A DNA stretch of 64,000 nucleotides. Origin: an uncultured Gemmatimonadales bacterium. GTDB lineage: Bacteria; Gemmatimonadota; Gemmatimonadetes; Gemmatimonadales; GWC2-71-9. Positions 45,904 to 56,979 of this stretch are shown piece after piece. Below the pieces are notes generated by a model. That model was given only the letters and a program-made list of their open reading frames with translations, searched no databases and was not told the origin of the DNA. Location: contig CAVSQW010000014.1 of NCBI GenBank assembly GCA_963730185.1, positions 1 to 64,000 on the forward strand, in the 5' to 3' direction. The translations under genes were made by a program, and so were the position numbers. The number at the start of each line of letters is the position of its first letter. Position 1 is the first letter of the stretch.

Positions 45904-47274
45904 ATGCTGGCGGCACTTCTACTCGCCTCGCTGGTCCAAGGTCCGGATACCGCGCTCGCGCTCCGCGCGGTCCGGTTCTATCGGGCCGATCCGACCCAAT
46001 CCAGTGGCCAGACTCACGTCACCGCGATGCTCCGAATTCCCGAGAACCTCCCGGTCCCGGGTGATCGCGGCCAGGTGAGCCTGACCCTGTCGGTCCGGGT
46101 CAAAGGGCAGGACGGGGGCACGCTCTATGAGCAGTCCTGGCAGAAGCGCACCGCCGTTCCCTATCCCCGGGGCGATGCCGACCGGCTCGACGTTTTTCGG
46201 TTCACCCTCGGCCCCGGGTCCTACCGGCTCGAGGCGAGCGTGCTGGACTCCGTGTCGGGTCGCCACTCCGAGGTGTCGGTGCCGATCACCGGCTACGCCG
46301 CCCAGCCCCAGGCCTCCGACCTGTTGCTCAGTCCCTGGGTCCGGAAGGTGGCCCGGATCGACACCGTCCCCCAGCCGGGGGAGTTCCGCCGGGGCGGGCT
46401 GATCGTGGCCATTGCGCCCGACGTGGTGGTCGGCGGGCCAAGCGCGTCGGTGGCCTACATGTTCGAGACCTACTCCGGCACCCCGCTCGAGGGCTCGCTG
46501 TCGGTCAACGTGGTGGACGAAGCGGGGGAGATCCGGCGCCGGACCGGCCCGACCCCGGTCAAGGTGGCCGCCGGGATTGGCCTCTTCACCGGACAGATCG
46601 ACGTTGGGACCCTCGGCGCCGGCGAGTACCAGCTGGTCGCCAACCTCGACCTCGGCGGGCAGGCCGTGACCCGGACCGCCCGCTTCAACCTCGACCCCGC
46701 GGCCGGCTCGACGCCGGCGGCCCTGAGCGACGACGCCTACTTCGCCCAACTCTCCGGGCGGGCCCTCGACGACGCCTTTGCGCCGCTCGAGGTGATCGCG
46801 CCGGCCGGCGTGCTGGCGGCCTGGCCGGTCGACGGCACCGACGCCGCCAAACGCAGGTTCCTGGTCAATTTCTGGAAGCCCCGCGACCCGACGCCGGAGA
46901 ACGGCAACGGGCGCCGGGCCCAGTTCTACGATGGCGTCCGCTACGCCAACACCTTCTACGGCGATCGGGCCCGGCGCCTGGCCGGATGGCAGTCCGATCG
47001 GGGGCGGATCTTCCTCCGCGAAGGGCTGGCCACCCAGGTGCTCCGCCGCGACAAACGGGGGAACGTGCCGGCCTACGAGGTCTGGCGCTATTTCGATCGG
47101 GCAAACCGCTACTACGTGTTCGTCGACCGGGGCGTGTTGGGCGGGGTCGTGCTGGTTCGGTCCAACGATCCGAAGGAAGAGGGTGAGCGGCGCTGGCAGG
47201 AAATGCTCTCGCCGGAAGGACTCCGGGAAGTGGTGGGGATGCTAGGACGTTCGGTGCTGACGCCGGCTCAGTGA
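45904..47274 (+). CDS. GWxTD-domain protein
   Basis: FW..RDPTP, YAN..Y...GWQSDRGRI, YEVW.Y. Confidence 0.85.
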   Translation: MLAALLLASLVQGPDTALALRAVRFYRADPTQSSGQTHVTAMLRIPENLPVPGDRGQVSLTLSVRVKGQDGGTLYEQSWQKRTAVPYPRGDADRLDVFRFTLGPGSYRLEASVLDSVSGRHSEVSVPITGYAAQPQASDLLLSPWVRKVARIDTVPQPGEFRRGGLIVAIAPDVVVGGPSASVAYMFETYSGTPLEGSLSVNVVDEAGEIRRRTGPTPVKVAAGIGLFTGQIDVGTLGAGEYQLVANLDLGGQAVTRTARFNLDPAAGSTPAALSDDAYFAQLSGRALDDAFAPLEVIAPAGVLAAWPVDGTDAAKRRFLVNFWKPRDPTPENGNGRRAQFYDGVRYANTFYGDRARRLAGWQSDRGRIFLREGLATQVLRRDKRGNVPAYEVWRYFDRANRYYVFVDRGVLGGVVLVRSNDPKEEGERRWQEMLSPEGLREVVGMLGRSVLTPAQ

Positions 47275-48242
47275 CCGAGGTGGCTCACCGGGGCGGCCAG
47301 CGGCGCCCCCTGGTCCGGCGCGCCCTGGTCGGCGGCCGAGAGCTGGATCAGCTGCGGCGCGGGCTCGCGGTGGCCGAACGGGAGGGCGTGGTCGATTCCC
47401 ATCGCGACGAACAACAGGGCCAGATAGAGCAGGGAGTACTTGTACATCTTCCAGGCGGTTGGCGTGACGCCCGGCTCCCGCAGCAGGCGCACCGAATACC
47501 AGAGCAGCCGTCCGCCCAGCGCCGCGGCCGCGAAGCCGTAGAAGAGGCCCTGCTGTCCCGAGATGGTCGGGAGCAGCGTCAGCGGCAGCAGGAGCAGCGA
47601 GTAGGCCACCATCTGGAGCTTGGTGTGCCGCTCGCCCTTGACCACCGGGAGCATAGGCACCCCGGCCTTGGCGTATTCGCCCTGCTTGATCAGCGCCAGC
47701 GCCCAGAAATGGGGCGGCGTCCAATAGAAGACGATGGCGAAGAGATAGACCGCCGCCATATCGATCCGACCGGTCATGGCCGCCCAGCCGACCAGGGGCG
47801 GAAACGCGCCCGCCGCGCCGCCGATCACGATGTTCTGGGGCGTGGACCGCTTGAGCCAAAAAGTGTAGATGAAGACATAGAACAGGAGCCCCGCTAAGGC
47901 CAGCCAGGCGGACAGCGGGTTCACCAGGTTCCAGAACAGCGCGAACGACACGCCTCCGAGGCCGATCCCGAAGCAGAGCGCCGCCGCCGGCGTGACCCGC
48001 CCCGACGGCACCGGACGAGTCTTGGTCCGGCCCATGAACTGGTCGATGTCCCGGTCGAACCACATGTTGATGGCGTTCGCGCCGCCGGCCATGAGATAGC
48101 CAGCCAGCGTCACCCAGAGCAGAAGCCCAAGTGAAGGCAGCCCCCGGTCCGTGATGAACATCGGCGCCAGGGTAGTCAGCAGCAGGAGCGAGATGACGCG
48201 CGGTTTCGTGAGCGCGATCAGATCACGGACAATCTTCGCCAT
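47268..48242 (-). CDS. cyoE: Heme o synthase (protoheme IX farnesyltransferase)
   Basis: LTKPRV, DRDID..M.RT..RP, WLKR.TPQNIVIGGAAGA.PPL.GW, WTPPHFWAL. Confidence 0.96.
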   Translation of the reverse strand: MAKIVRDLIALTKPRVISLLLLTTLAPMFITDRGLPSLGLLLWVTLAGYLMAGGANAINMWFDRDIDQFMGRTKTRPVPSGRVTPAAALCFGIGLGGVSFALFWNLVNPLSAWLALAGLLFYVFIYTFWLKRSTPQNIVIGGAAGAFPPLVGWAAMTGRIDMAAVYLFAIVFYWTPPHFWALALIKQGEYAKAGVPMLPVVKGERHTKLQMVAYSLLLLPLTLLPTISGQQGLFYGFAAAALGGRLLWYSVRLLREPGVTPTAWKMYKYSLLYLALLFVAMGIDHALPFGHREPAPQLIQLSAADQGAPDQGAPLAAPVSHLGH

Positions 48243-48361
48243 CGGACCCGGTCGAGTGACATGGAGTGGCGGGCACCCGGCCAAGCCTGGTAGTCCCGCC
48301 GAAGAAAGGTCAATATAATGCCCCGTCGGCCATCCGTCCCCCCGAACCAGCGAGACGCCGC

Positions 48362-49726
48362 GTGACCACCCCGGAGCCGGCCGAACGTCTACCCCGATCC
48401 GTTGGGCTTTTCTCCGCCATCACGGTCATCGTCGGGATCACGATCGGCTCCGGCATCTTCCGGGTCCCGGCCCTGGTCGCCACCAAAGTGACCCAGCCCG
48501 GGGCCATGCTCCTGGTCTGGGCGCTGGGCGGGATGCTGGCCCTGTTCGGGGCCTTGACGCTGGCCGAGCTGGCCGCGATGTACCCCCGCTCAGGTGGGGT
48601 GTTCGCCTACCTGGACGAGGCCTTCGGGCCGATGCCGGCGTTCCTCTTCGGCTGGTCTCAGCTGGCGGTGGTCCGCGCCTCGGCCCTGGGCGGGATCGCG
48701 ACCGTGTTCGCCGAGTACCTGGGGTACTTCACCCACTTCTCGCCCCTCCAGATCCGGATCGCGGCGGCCGCGACCATCCTGGTCGTCGCGGCCATCAACT
48801 ATCTCGGGGTCCGACACGCGGCCCGGGTGGTCGGCGTGGCGACCGTGGCCAAATACGCGGGGATGGTCGGGCTGGTGCTGCTGGCCTTCGCGGTGGGCCA
48901 GGGCAGCTGGGCCAACTTCTCCTCGTCGGCAGGGGCGAGCACCATCGCCACCCCGCCGATGCCGGTGACCTTCTCGGCCATCTTCGCCGCCCTGGTGTCG
49001 GTGATGTGGGCCTACGACGGCTGGGCCGACCTCTCTTACATGGGCGGTGAGCTCAAGAACCCGAGCCGGAACTTTCCCCTGGCCCTGATTGGCGGGACGG
49101 TGGCCATCATCGCCATCTACCTCCTGCTCAACGCGGCCTACATCTATCTGGTGCCCGTGGCCGAGATGGCCCAGCCCAGCTCGGCCATCATCGCCACCCG
49201 GGCCGCGGAGCGCATCCCCCTGCTTGGTGGGGCGGGCGGGGCGGTCATCGCCGCCATCGTCATGGTGTCGTGCTTCGGGACCCTCAACGGCTCGATGCTC
49301 ACCAATCCCCGGATCTTTTTCGCCATGGCGGACCGGGGGCTCTTCTTCAAGGGCGTGGCGCGGGTGTCGCCCCGCTACACGACGCCCTCCGTGGCCATCT
49401 GGCTGGCCGCCATCCTCGGCGTCGCGTACGTGATGTTCAATGACTTCCAGCAGCTGGCCGACCGGTTCGTGCTCGGGATCTGGCCCTTCTACATCCTGGC
49501 GATCCTCGGGGTCTTCGTGCTCCGGAAGCGGGCCCCGAACGCGGAACGGCCGTACCGGACCATCGGCTACCCCGTGGTCCCAATCGTCTTCTTCCTGGCC
49601 GCCACCGCCATGGTCGTCAATGCCCTGATTACCGACCCGGTGAACACCGGCATCACCTTCCTGATCATCGGGGTCGGCATCCCCGTGTACTACGCTGCTT
49701 TTCGGGGCCCCCGGGCGCCCGCCTGA
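48362..49726 (+). CDS. APC-family amino acid permease
   Basis: IGSGIF, AELAAMYP.SGG, WAYDGW, E.KNP.RN.P. Confidence 0.93.
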   Translation: MTTPEPAERLPRSVGLFSAITVIVGITIGSGIFRVPALVATKVTQPGAMLLVWALGGMLALFGALTLAELAAMYPRSGGVFAYLDEAFGPMPAFLFGWSQLAVVRASALGGIATVFAEYLGYFTHFSPLQIRIAAAATILVVAAINYLGVRHAARVVGVATVAKYAGMVGLVLLAFAVGQGSWANFSSSAGASTIATPPMPVTFSAIFAALVSVMWAYDGWADLSYMGGELKNPSRNFPLALIGGTVAIIAIYLLLNAAYIYLVPVAEMAQPSSAIIATRAAERIPLLGGAGGAVIAAIVMVSCFGTLNGSMLTNPRIFFAMADRGLFFKGVARVSPRYTTPSVAIWLAAILGVAYVMFNDFQQLADRFVLGIWPFYILAILGVFVLRKRAPNAERPYRTIGYPVVPIVFFLAATAMVVNALITDPVNTGITFLIIGVGIPVYYAAFRGPRAPA

Positions 49727-49776
49727 TCTCACCGCCCCCCCCGGCCACCGAGGCCCGGGGAAGTCGCCCGAAGGCA

Positions 49777-49805
49777 ACGCGGGGGGCCGGTTGGGCCCCC
49801 CGCGT
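49777..49805. terminator. Hairpin between convergent genes
   Basis: ACGCGGGGGGCC-ggttg-GGCCCCCCGCGT, perfect 12-bp stem. Confidence 0.65.
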
Positions 49806-49826
49806 CGTTGGTCGGAACCGGTCGGA

Positions 49827-52800
49827 TCAGAACGTGTAGCGAGCGCTCAGCAGCAGCTTGTATCGCGAGCTGTTGGCGATCACCCCATTCCGGCTGGTCA
49901 TGTTCATCAGGCTGTACTGGCCCCGATCGTTGGCGACGTCGTACCCGGTCTGATTGAGGATCGCCTGATTCTCGAACCCGGTCGTGGAACGCACCACGCC
50001 CCAGCTCGACTTGAGCAGGTTGGGCAGGTTGAAGACGTCGAGCGAGACCTCCAGCGCCTGTCCCTTCATCGTCGAGAAGAGCGACCCCATCTCGACCACC
50101 TTGGTCAGCCGGGCGTTGATGAAGCTCTGCCAGGGGCCGCGGCAGGCGTTCCGATGGAGGAGCGTGCCGCGCGCCTTGTCGAGACAGGGCTCACTGCTGA
50201 TGTAGTCGTTCAGCGTGGTCCAGTCCGACGGGGTCCGGAGGGTGATGTCCGAGGCGCTGGTTGGGACGTAGATCGGGTCGTTTCCGCTCAGCCCGTCGCC
50301 GTTGGCATCGTTGTTCACGGTGTAGGTGAACGGCGTCGAGGAGGCCCCAACGTACGTCAGCGAGGCCTGGAACCCGAGCGGGATGTTGAAGATCCCGGTG
50401 AGCGCGATCTTGTTCGGCACGTCGAAGCACGAGGTCGCGAGCGGCCGGTCGGCCAGCAGGCCCTCGAGGACCGCGAACCGGAGGTTCGAGTTCGAGATGC
50501 TCGACGTCAGGCACTCCCGGTCCTTGGTGCTCGAGTGGGTGTACCCGGCGTTGAACGAGACGCCCTCGCTGAACCGCTTGTCGAGCTGGAAGGTGGCCGA
50601 GTACGACCGGTCACCGCTCGAGTTCGACTGCCGGATCACGTCGTTGGCCGTGGTGGTGATCCGGGTCGGCCGGATGGTCGACGCGATCCCCGACCCGTTC
50701 GGCGTTCCCGGCGTGCCGTACTGACTCCGCCCGCCCTCGCCCGACTCGGTCCGCTGCACGCCGACCAGATTGACGTCGTTCAGGTAGAACTGGTTCAGGG
50801 TCCGGGTGTAGAGCAGGTCCACCGTGCCGACCATGTTCCAGGGGAGCTTCTTGTCGAAGCCCAGCGAGCCGCGGAGCGTCTGGGGGAACTTGAAGTTGTG
50901 GTCGAAGTACACGATCGACGGGGTGGGCGGATTGGCCGACCCGCCGCCGGCGCACGAGGTCGGCTGGTTGGCCAGCTCCGGCGTGAAGGTCGGGATCGCG
51001 GCGCCGTTGCACGACAGCAGTGCCTGGGTCAGGCCCGAGTTGGCGTACGCGTTCGCGACCCAGACGTAGGGCGGTCGGCCGCTGAAGACGCCCACCCCGC
51101 CGCGGAGCAGGGCCGACTGATCGCCCTTGATGTCGAAGTTGAAGCCGAGTCGGGGCGAGATCAGCCAGGCCGTGCTGAAGTCTGACGTGTTGACCACGTC
51201 GGTCGTCCCGTCGTTGTGGGTGAAGTTGACCGCCGCGAGGTCCGGGTTCGCGTCGGGCTTGGTCGGCAGCAGGGGCTTGTCGACTCGAAGCCCGTAGGTC
51301 ACCGAGAGCTTGTCGGTCACGCTCCAGACGTCCTGGGCGTAGAGGCCGAGCTGGTTCACCTTGAACTCTGCCAGCGGGCCGTTCTCCCGGAGCGGAAGGG
51401 CGATCTCGTAGTGGTTCGGCGTCCCGGCGTAGAGGTCCGCCGCGCTGGCGAAACCCCACACCCCGTAAGAGCCCGGGAAGAACTGATCGTAGAACTTGAA
51501 GAACTCGTTGTGGGTGCCGACGGTGATCAGGTGCGAGCCTCGCCCGAAGGTGAGGTTGTCGGTCAGCTCGTACACGTCCTGCTTCAGCACGTTGCCCTGC
51601 GAGAACCGCTCGGCGCCGATCGCCACGGCGCTCCCGGTGCCCACGAAGATCAGGGGGGTGTTCATCCCCGGATTCCGGAGATCCCGAATCCGCTGGTAGC
51701 CGAGCAGGAGCTCGTTGGTGAAGCCGTTCCCGAGGACCGCGTTGTAGCGGACCCGGGCGGTCCGGGTGGTGTTGTTGATCGTGTAGCCCGCGTTCCCGAG
51801 CTCATAGCCGCTTCGGAAGCCGGAGAACGAGGAGCTTCGGATCAGGCTGCCGTCGCTCGCCTTGACGTCGTTGTAGGAGATCTCGATCTGGCTGCTGGGG
51901 CTCAGCTGCCCGTTGACCTTGACGAAGATGTCGTGGTCCGGCGAGTCGCGGTTGACCTGGCCGGCCGAGCCGGGATCGCCCAGGCCGTTGGCCGTGGCCC
52001 AGTTGGCGACGCTGTCGGCCTGCGCCAGGGTCACGCCGAAGGCGCCCTGGTCGATGGTGTTGTCGCCCTGGAGATACTGCGAGAACGGCGACGACCGGCT
52101 CTTCCAGTCGCCGGCGGCGAAGAACTGGAGCTTGTTCCGGATGATCGGGCCGCTCAGGGTCGCGCCGTACTGATACTCGTGGAAATCGGTCAGGATGTCG
52201 CTCCCCAGCGGGCCCCGGTCCACCGAGTCGCGCTGGAAGCTCTGGTTCTGGCCGAAGAAGAAGGCCGAGCCATGGAAGGTGTTGGTGCCCGACTTGGTGA
52301 TCGCGTTGATGAGGCCGCCGGTGAATCCGCCCTGGCGGACGTCGTACGGCGCGATCAGGAGTTGGAACTCCTTGATCGCCTCGAGTGAGATCGGTCGCTC
52401 GCTGACCTGGCCGCCCGGCGTGCCGGTCGAACCCAAGCCGAAGAGGTCGTTGTTCACCCCGCCGTCGATCTGGATGTTGTTGAACCGGTTGTTCTGTCCG
52501 GCGATCGAGTTGCCGTTGGTCTGGGGCGAGATGCTGAGGAGGTCGGTGAAAGTCCGCGAGAGCGTCGGCAGGCGCCGGATGAATGAATCCGAGACCGCCA
52601 CCGCCGGCCCGGTCCGGGCCCGCGAGAGGAGCGGGTTGCCCTCGGCCGTCACGGTCAGCTCGCTCAGGGTCACCGTCGTCGGCACCATCCGCACGTTCAT
52701 GGTGACGACCTGACCGAGCGTGACCCGGGCGACCGGTTCGGACGCGGGGCGATAGCCGATCGCCCGGACGTCGAGGGTGAAGGGGCCGCCGGGGGTGACG

Positions 52801-53030
52801 TTCTCGATCGCGTACTGGCCGTTGGGTCGCGACGTAACGCGGTACTGGAGGCCGGTCTCGGTGTTGACGAGGGTGACTACCGCCGCCGCGATGCCGTGCC
52901 CGGCGCTATCCGTGACCTGCCCTCGGACGGCGCCGGTGGTGACGCCCTGGGCTCGGGCGCTGGCCGGAAGTACGCCCAGGACGAGCACCACCGCAGACAT
53001 GCGGGCCGCGAATTGCCTCAGTCGCTTCAT
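49827..53030 (-). CDS. Oar-like TonB-dependent receptor
   Basis: QNNRFNNIQIDG..NNDLFG, APYDVRQGGFTGG.INA.TKSGTN; C-terminal RYTF. Confidence 0.93.
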   Translation of the reverse strand: MKRLRQFAARMSAVVLVLGVLPASARAQGVTTGAVRGQVTDSAGHGIAAAVVTLVNTETGLQYRVTSRPNGQYAIENVTPGGPFTLDVRAIGYRPASEPVARVTLGQVVTMNVRMVPTTVTLSELTVTAEGNPLLSRARTGPAVAVSDSFIRRLPTLSRTFTDLLSISPQTNGNSIAGQNNRFNNIQIDGGVNNDLFGLGSTGTPGGQVSERPISLEAIKEFQLLIAPYDVRQGGFTGGLINAITKSGTNTFHGSAFFFGQNQSFQRDSVDRGPLGSDILTDFHEYQYGATLSGPIIRNKLQFFAAGDWKSRSSPFSQYLQGDNTIDQGAFGVTLAQADSVANWATANGLGDPGSAGQVNRDSPDHDIFVKVNGQLSPSSQIEISYNDVKASDGSLIRSSSFSGFRSGYELGNAGYTINNTTRTARVRYNAVLGNGFTNELLLGYQRIRDLRNPGMNTPLIFVGTGSAVAIGAERFSQGNVLKQDVYELTDNLTFGRGSHLITVGTHNEFFKFYDQFFPGSYGVWGFASAADLYAGTPNHYEIALPLRENGPLAEFKVNQLGLYAQDVWSVTDKLSVTYGLRVDKPLLPTKPDANPDLAAVNFTHNDGTTDVVNTSDFSTAWLISPRLGFNFDIKGDQSALLRGGVGVFSGRPPYVWVANAYANSGLTQALLSCNGAAIPTFTPELANQPTSCAGGGSANPPTPSIVYFDHNFKFPQTLRGSLGFDKKLPWNMVGTVDLLYTRTLNQFYLNDVNLVGVQRTESGEGGRSQYGTPGTPNGSGIASTIRPTRITTTANDVIRQSNSSGDRSYSATFQLDKRFSEGVSFNAGYTHSSTKDRECLTSSISNSNLRFAVLEGLLADRPLATSCFDVPNKIALTGIFNIPLGFQASLTYVGASSTPFTYTVNNDANGDGLSGNDPIYVPTSASDITLRTPSDWTTLNDYISSEPCLDKARGTLLHRNACRGPWQSFINARLTKVVEMGSLFSTMKGQALEVSLDVFNLPNLLKSSWGVVRSTTGFENQAILNQTGYDVANDRGQYSLMNMTSRNGVIANSSRYKLLLSARYTF

Positions 53031-53206
53031 CGGTTCTCCTCAAGATCCTCAAATAAATGGGCTGTCGATCCGGGCCAAACCGCCGTCGGATCGGCGTAAA
53101 TGTCGTCCCGGTTCCGGCGGGCCGCAAGCACCAGAACAGGCGACGATCCAAGATCCCGAGGGTCGATCATGAAACGGTCACGTTTGGGACACGAATGGAC
53201 GGTGCC

Positions 53207-54283
53207 TCAGGTCCTCACTCGGGCCAGGAGCCAGATCCCAACCACCCCGAAGAAGAGGTTCGGGATCCAGGCCGACAGCGTGGGGTCGACCAGGCCGGTC
53301 GCGCCGACCGCTTTGGAGAGATTGATCAAGAGCAGGTACAGCACCGTGGTGCCCATGCTGATCGCGATCCCCCAGGCCGCCCCGGCCCGCGGGTTCGACA
53401 CGGCGAGCGGTGCGCCGAACAGGACGATCACGATGCACGCCGCGGGCAGCGCCAGCTTGATGGCGAGATCGACCTGGAGCTTCTTCACGTCGTTGCCGGA
53501 ACGGTCCAGCGTCCGGATGTACTCCGCCAGCTCCGCGTACGCCATCTCTTCGGGGCGCTTGGGCTCGATCAGGAGGGACCGGGGGGGCTCGTCGAACGAG
53601 GCCATCGTCAGCTTGGTGTACGCGAAGGTCTCGGTCTTGGTGCTGTCGCCCAGGAAGTGGCTGGACCCGTTGATCAGCTGCCAGCGGCCGGTCGAGTCGT
53701 TCCACTTGGCGCTGTCCGCCCAGATGGCCAGGTTCGGAAACCCGGCCCGGGCGCTGGGGCGCTCCAGCAGGACCATCTGCGCCGTCTGGCGACGGGTGTC
53801 GAGGAGCCGGATCGAGTACACCCATCCGTCGTCGGCGCGGTAGACGAAGTTGTACCGGGTGGTCTGGTTTCGGGCCACCCGCTCCTTTTCGAGCTCGAGC
53901 TGCCGCGCCGTCGCTTCGGTGGCCACCTCGCTGATCCAGAAGGTCGCCCCGGCGGAGAGCAGGGCGGCCACGAAGAGCGGGAACATGAGCCGGTGGAAGC
54001 TGACGCCGCCCGCCTTGGCGGCGGTAAGCTCCGAGTGGCGGCTCAGGGGCCCCACCGTGAACACCGTCGCGAAGAGCGCGGCGGCCGGAAGCATCTGGGC
54101 CACGTTCCAGGGCAGCGCGAAGACGCCGCTCAAGGCGATCGCTCCCGGGGTCAGGCCCCGGTCGAGCAGCCGGTTGAGCTTGTCGGTGAGGTAGACCAGG
54201 ACCGAGACGACCGGCAGTCCGATCCCTGCCAGCAGGAAGATCTTGAGCCACTGGGTCAGCACGTAGCGGGAGAGAATCCGCAT
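53207..54283 (-). CDS. lptG: LptG permease
   Basis: L.RY, L.R.SELTA.KA.G.S..RL, AW.PN; follows the lptF homologue. Confidence 0.85.
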   Translation of the reverse strand: MRILSRYVLTQWLKIFLLAGIGLPVVSVLVYLTDKLNRLLDRGLTPGAIALSGVFALPWNVAQMLPAAALFATVFTVGPLSRHSELTAAKAGGVSFHRLMFPLFVAALLSAGATFWISEVATEATARQLELEKERVARNQTTRYNFVYRADDGWVYSIRLLDTRRQTAQMVLLERPSARAGFPNLAIWADSAKWNDSTGRWQLINGSSHFLGDSTKTETFAYTKLTMASFDEPPRSLLIEPKRPEEMAYAELAEYIRTLDRSGNDVKKLQVDLAIKLALPAACIVIVLFGAPLAVSNPRAGAAWGIAISMGTTVLYLLLINLSKAVGATGLVDPTLSAWIPNLFFGVVGIWLLARVRT

Positions 54284-54295
54284 CGATCGGCCCGC

Positions 54296-55843
54296 TCAGC
54301 TCCGCGCCCGGCGGCGAAGTCGAAAGAAGGCCTTCACCGACTCGATCAGGTCGGCCGCGTCGCCGCCCCGGGTCGAGCCGAATTCGCGGCGGACCTTGAA
54401 GAGCCCGAAGACGCCCGCCAGGAAGACGACCGCGTTGGGGAACCACATCGCCAGGGCCGGACTGACGAGATCGCGGTCGGCCAGGCTCTCGCCGGCGGTC
54501 AGGCTCACGTAGAAGATCGCGAAAATGGTGAGTCCGCCGCCGATCACCAGGCCCATCCCGCCCCGGGGAAATCGGAGGGCCAGCGGGACGCCGATCAGGA
54601 CGAAGGTGAAGCAGGCCACGCTGATGGTGTACTTCTTGTGAATCTCGACCCGGAACGCGTCCGCAGCCCGCTGGGCGGAGATCGCTTCCTGGCGGGCGGT
54701 CACCACCTCGGTCAGGCTGGACACGATCGCCCCGGGGGCCGGAACGCCGGCGTGGGTCGCCGTGTCGATCACCACCGGCGCCGCGGCCTTCGCCTGGACC
54801 GCGGGCGGGGGGGGCGGGGGTGGTGGTGGCCGCTGGACCGGCCCCTGCGCCTCGGCCACCTCGGGGAGGATCAGGCGCCCGATCGCCCGCTCGAGCTTCC
54901 GGTAGAGGCCGCAGTGCGGCGCCACCGCGCTGTCGGGCTTGACCACGGGCAGCCCGGAGTGCATCAGGCCCATCAGGGCCCGAAGGTCCGTGTCCACCAG
55001 GAGCCGGCGGGTCGCGGCGGCTCGCACCGCGGTACGCTCCGACGCCGTGACCCGGTCCATCATCTCGCAGGTGGTCATCTCACGGTCGCCCCGCTCGAAG
55101 TTCTCGAGGTTCCGGTGGAGGAAGTTCTGGACGTCCCGGACCCGGACCGTGTTCTGGGTGAAGCGGGTCACCTGGATCCGGCCGGGCTCCACCGTCTTGA
55201 ACTCGTTGACCCGGCCGTCGAAGAGTCGGAAGATCAAGTCGGTCTGCTTCTCGTTGAACGCCATGATCCCACTGTCGGCGTAGATCACCCGGCGCCCGTC
55301 GCTGATCCCGAGGTCGTAGACCTGCACGTCGCGGAGCCGCCCCGAGCCCGGGAACACCCGGCTCGCCCAGATGTAATAGGGCTGGAGCTCGTTGATCGCC
55401 TGCTCCCGCATCTGGAAGGCCGGCTTCTTGTGGCCGATGTCGCTCTGGAGGTTCCGGAGTCGGGCGTTGGTCCGGGGCAGGATCTGATCGACGAAGATGA
55501 AGTTGGTCAGGGTGAGCGCGAGGCCGGCCAGGAGCGCGGGCCGGAGCATCTGCGCCACGCTCACCCCGTTGGCCCGCATCGCGGTGATCTCGTTGTCGGC
55601 GCCGAGCTGGCTGTAGCCGTAGAGGACCGCCACCAGCACGGCCATCGGCAGGGTGAGGGCAATGATGAACGGAATGCTCAGGACCAGCACCTCGGCGATG
55701 ACCTGCCAGGGAAGGTCCTTCCCGACCAGGTCGCCGAACCGCTTGGCGAGGGTGTTCATCATCAGGAGGCCGGTCAGCGCCCCAAGCGAGAACAGAAAGG
55801 GGCCGGCGAGCGACCGGAAGATGTGTCGGCGCAGGAGGCGCAT
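54296..55843 (-). CDS. lptF: LptF permease with long Pro-rich insertion
   Basis: TLPMAVL.A.L.....L.ADNEITAMRANG.S, VEIHKK. Confidence 0.85.
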   Translation of the reverse strand: MRLLRRHIFRSLAGPFLFSLGALTGLLMMNTLAKRFGDLVGKDLPWQVIAEVLVLSIPFIIALTLPMAVLVAVLYGYSQLGADNEITAMRANGVSVAQMLRPALLAGLALTLTNFIFVDQILPRTNARLRNLQSDIGHKKPAFQMREQAINELQPYYIWASRVFPGSGRLRDVQVYDLGISDGRRVIYADSGIMAFNEKQTDLIFRLFDGRVNEFKTVEPGRIQVTRFTQNTVRVRDVQNFLHRNLENFERGDREMTTCEMMDRVTASERTAVRAAATRRLLVDTDLRALMGLMHSGLPVVKPDSAVAPHCGLYRKLERAIGRLILPEVAEAQGPVQRPPPPPPPPPAVQAKAAAPVVIDTATHAGVPAPGAIVSSLTEVVTARQEAISAQRAADAFRVEIHKKYTISVACFTFVLIGVPLALRFPRGGMGLVIGGGLTIFAIFYVSLTAGESLADRDLVSPALAMWFPNAVVFLAGVFGLFKVRREFGSTRGGDAADLIESVKAFFRLRRRARS

Positions 55844-55950
55844 CCGGGAAAAAGAGCAGGGCGGGGGAGGGCGGGCAAGGCTGCCGGTGGGCCCGCTCGG
55901 CCCCCCGGCCTCACGTTGCTCCGCCTGAGCGCGGTGCTTACGTTGAGCCG

Positions 55951-56862
55951 ATGACTCTCCGCCTGGCTCTCCTGAGCTCGCTGTTGGTCGGATGCCAAAA
56001 CGCCCCGCCGCCGGCCAAGGAGTTCGACGGCCCAGCCGCCCTCGCCTACGCTCGAACCCAGGTCGACTTCGGTCCCCGGGTGCCCGGCACCCCGGGCCAT
56101 CAGCAGATGACCTTGTGGCTCGACAGTCTGCTCCGGACCCGATCCGATACCGTCGTCGTGCAGCGATGGACCCACCGAACCGAAGACGGTGACTCGCTCC
56201 CGATGGTGAACTTCATCGCCCGGTTCAACCCGAGCGCGACCCAGCGGCTGCTGTTCGTGGCCCACTGGGACACCCGTCCCCGGGCCGACGCCGACACCGG
56301 GGCCAAGGTCCACCGGCCCATCGCCGGCGCCAACGACGGCGCCTCCGGCGTGGCCGTGCTCATCGGGATGGCCGACGCCCTCCGGAAGACCCCTCCCACG
56401 ATCGGCGTCGACCTCCTCTTCGTCGACGGAGAGGACTACGGCTCCTTCGAGGGCGATCAGGCCGACGTGCTGATCGGCGCCAAGTATTACGCCGCTCACC
56501 AGCTCCCCGGACCGAAACCGACGTTCGCCGTGCTGCTCGATATGGTCGGCGGCCGGGCGACCCAGTTCCAGAAAGAAGGTTACTCCGTGGTCGCCGCGCC
56601 CGACGCGGTCGACCTGGTCTGGACCACCGCCGAACGCCTGGGATACGGCAACGTGTTCCTGCCCGAGAACGGCGGCTCGGTGACCGACGACCACATCCCT
56701 CTCCAGAAGGCCGGGATCCGGGCCATCGACATCATTCCCGACATCCCCAATGGCTACCCGCCCTGGCACACCCAGGCCGATACCATCGACAAGCTGTCGG
56801 CGGATGCCCTCAAAGCCGTGGGCGACGTGATGCTCGCCGTGGTCCGGCTTCAGGGACGATAG
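55951..56862 (+). CDS. M28 peptidase / glutaminyl cyclase-like lipoprotein
   Basis: AHWDTR, GANDGASG, DGED.G, LDMVG, DDH, WHT..D. Confidence 0.9.
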   Translation: MTLRLALLSSLLVGCQNAPPPAKEFDGPAALAYARTQVDFGPRVPGTPGHQQMTLWLDSLLRTRSDTVVVQRWTHRTEDGDSLPMVNFIARFNPSATQRLLFVAHWDTRPRADADTGAKVHRPIAGANDGASGVAVLIGMADALRKTPPTIGVDLLFVDGEDYGSFEGDQADVLIGAKYYAAHQLPGPKPTFAVLLDMVGGRATQFQKEGYSVVAAPDAVDLVWTTAERLGYGNVFLPENGGSVTDDHIPLQKAGIRAIDIIPDIPNGYPPWHTQADTIDKLSADALKAVGDVMLAVVRLQGR

Positions 56863-56979
56863 CCGCAAGTACCCACCAAAGAACGACTTATTCTCCGGCC
56901 GCAGTGATTCGCGGAATTCGGATCCTCGCTGCATAAAGCGGGTTCGGTGGCGGGACTGCGGGCGGGCCACCTTGGCACC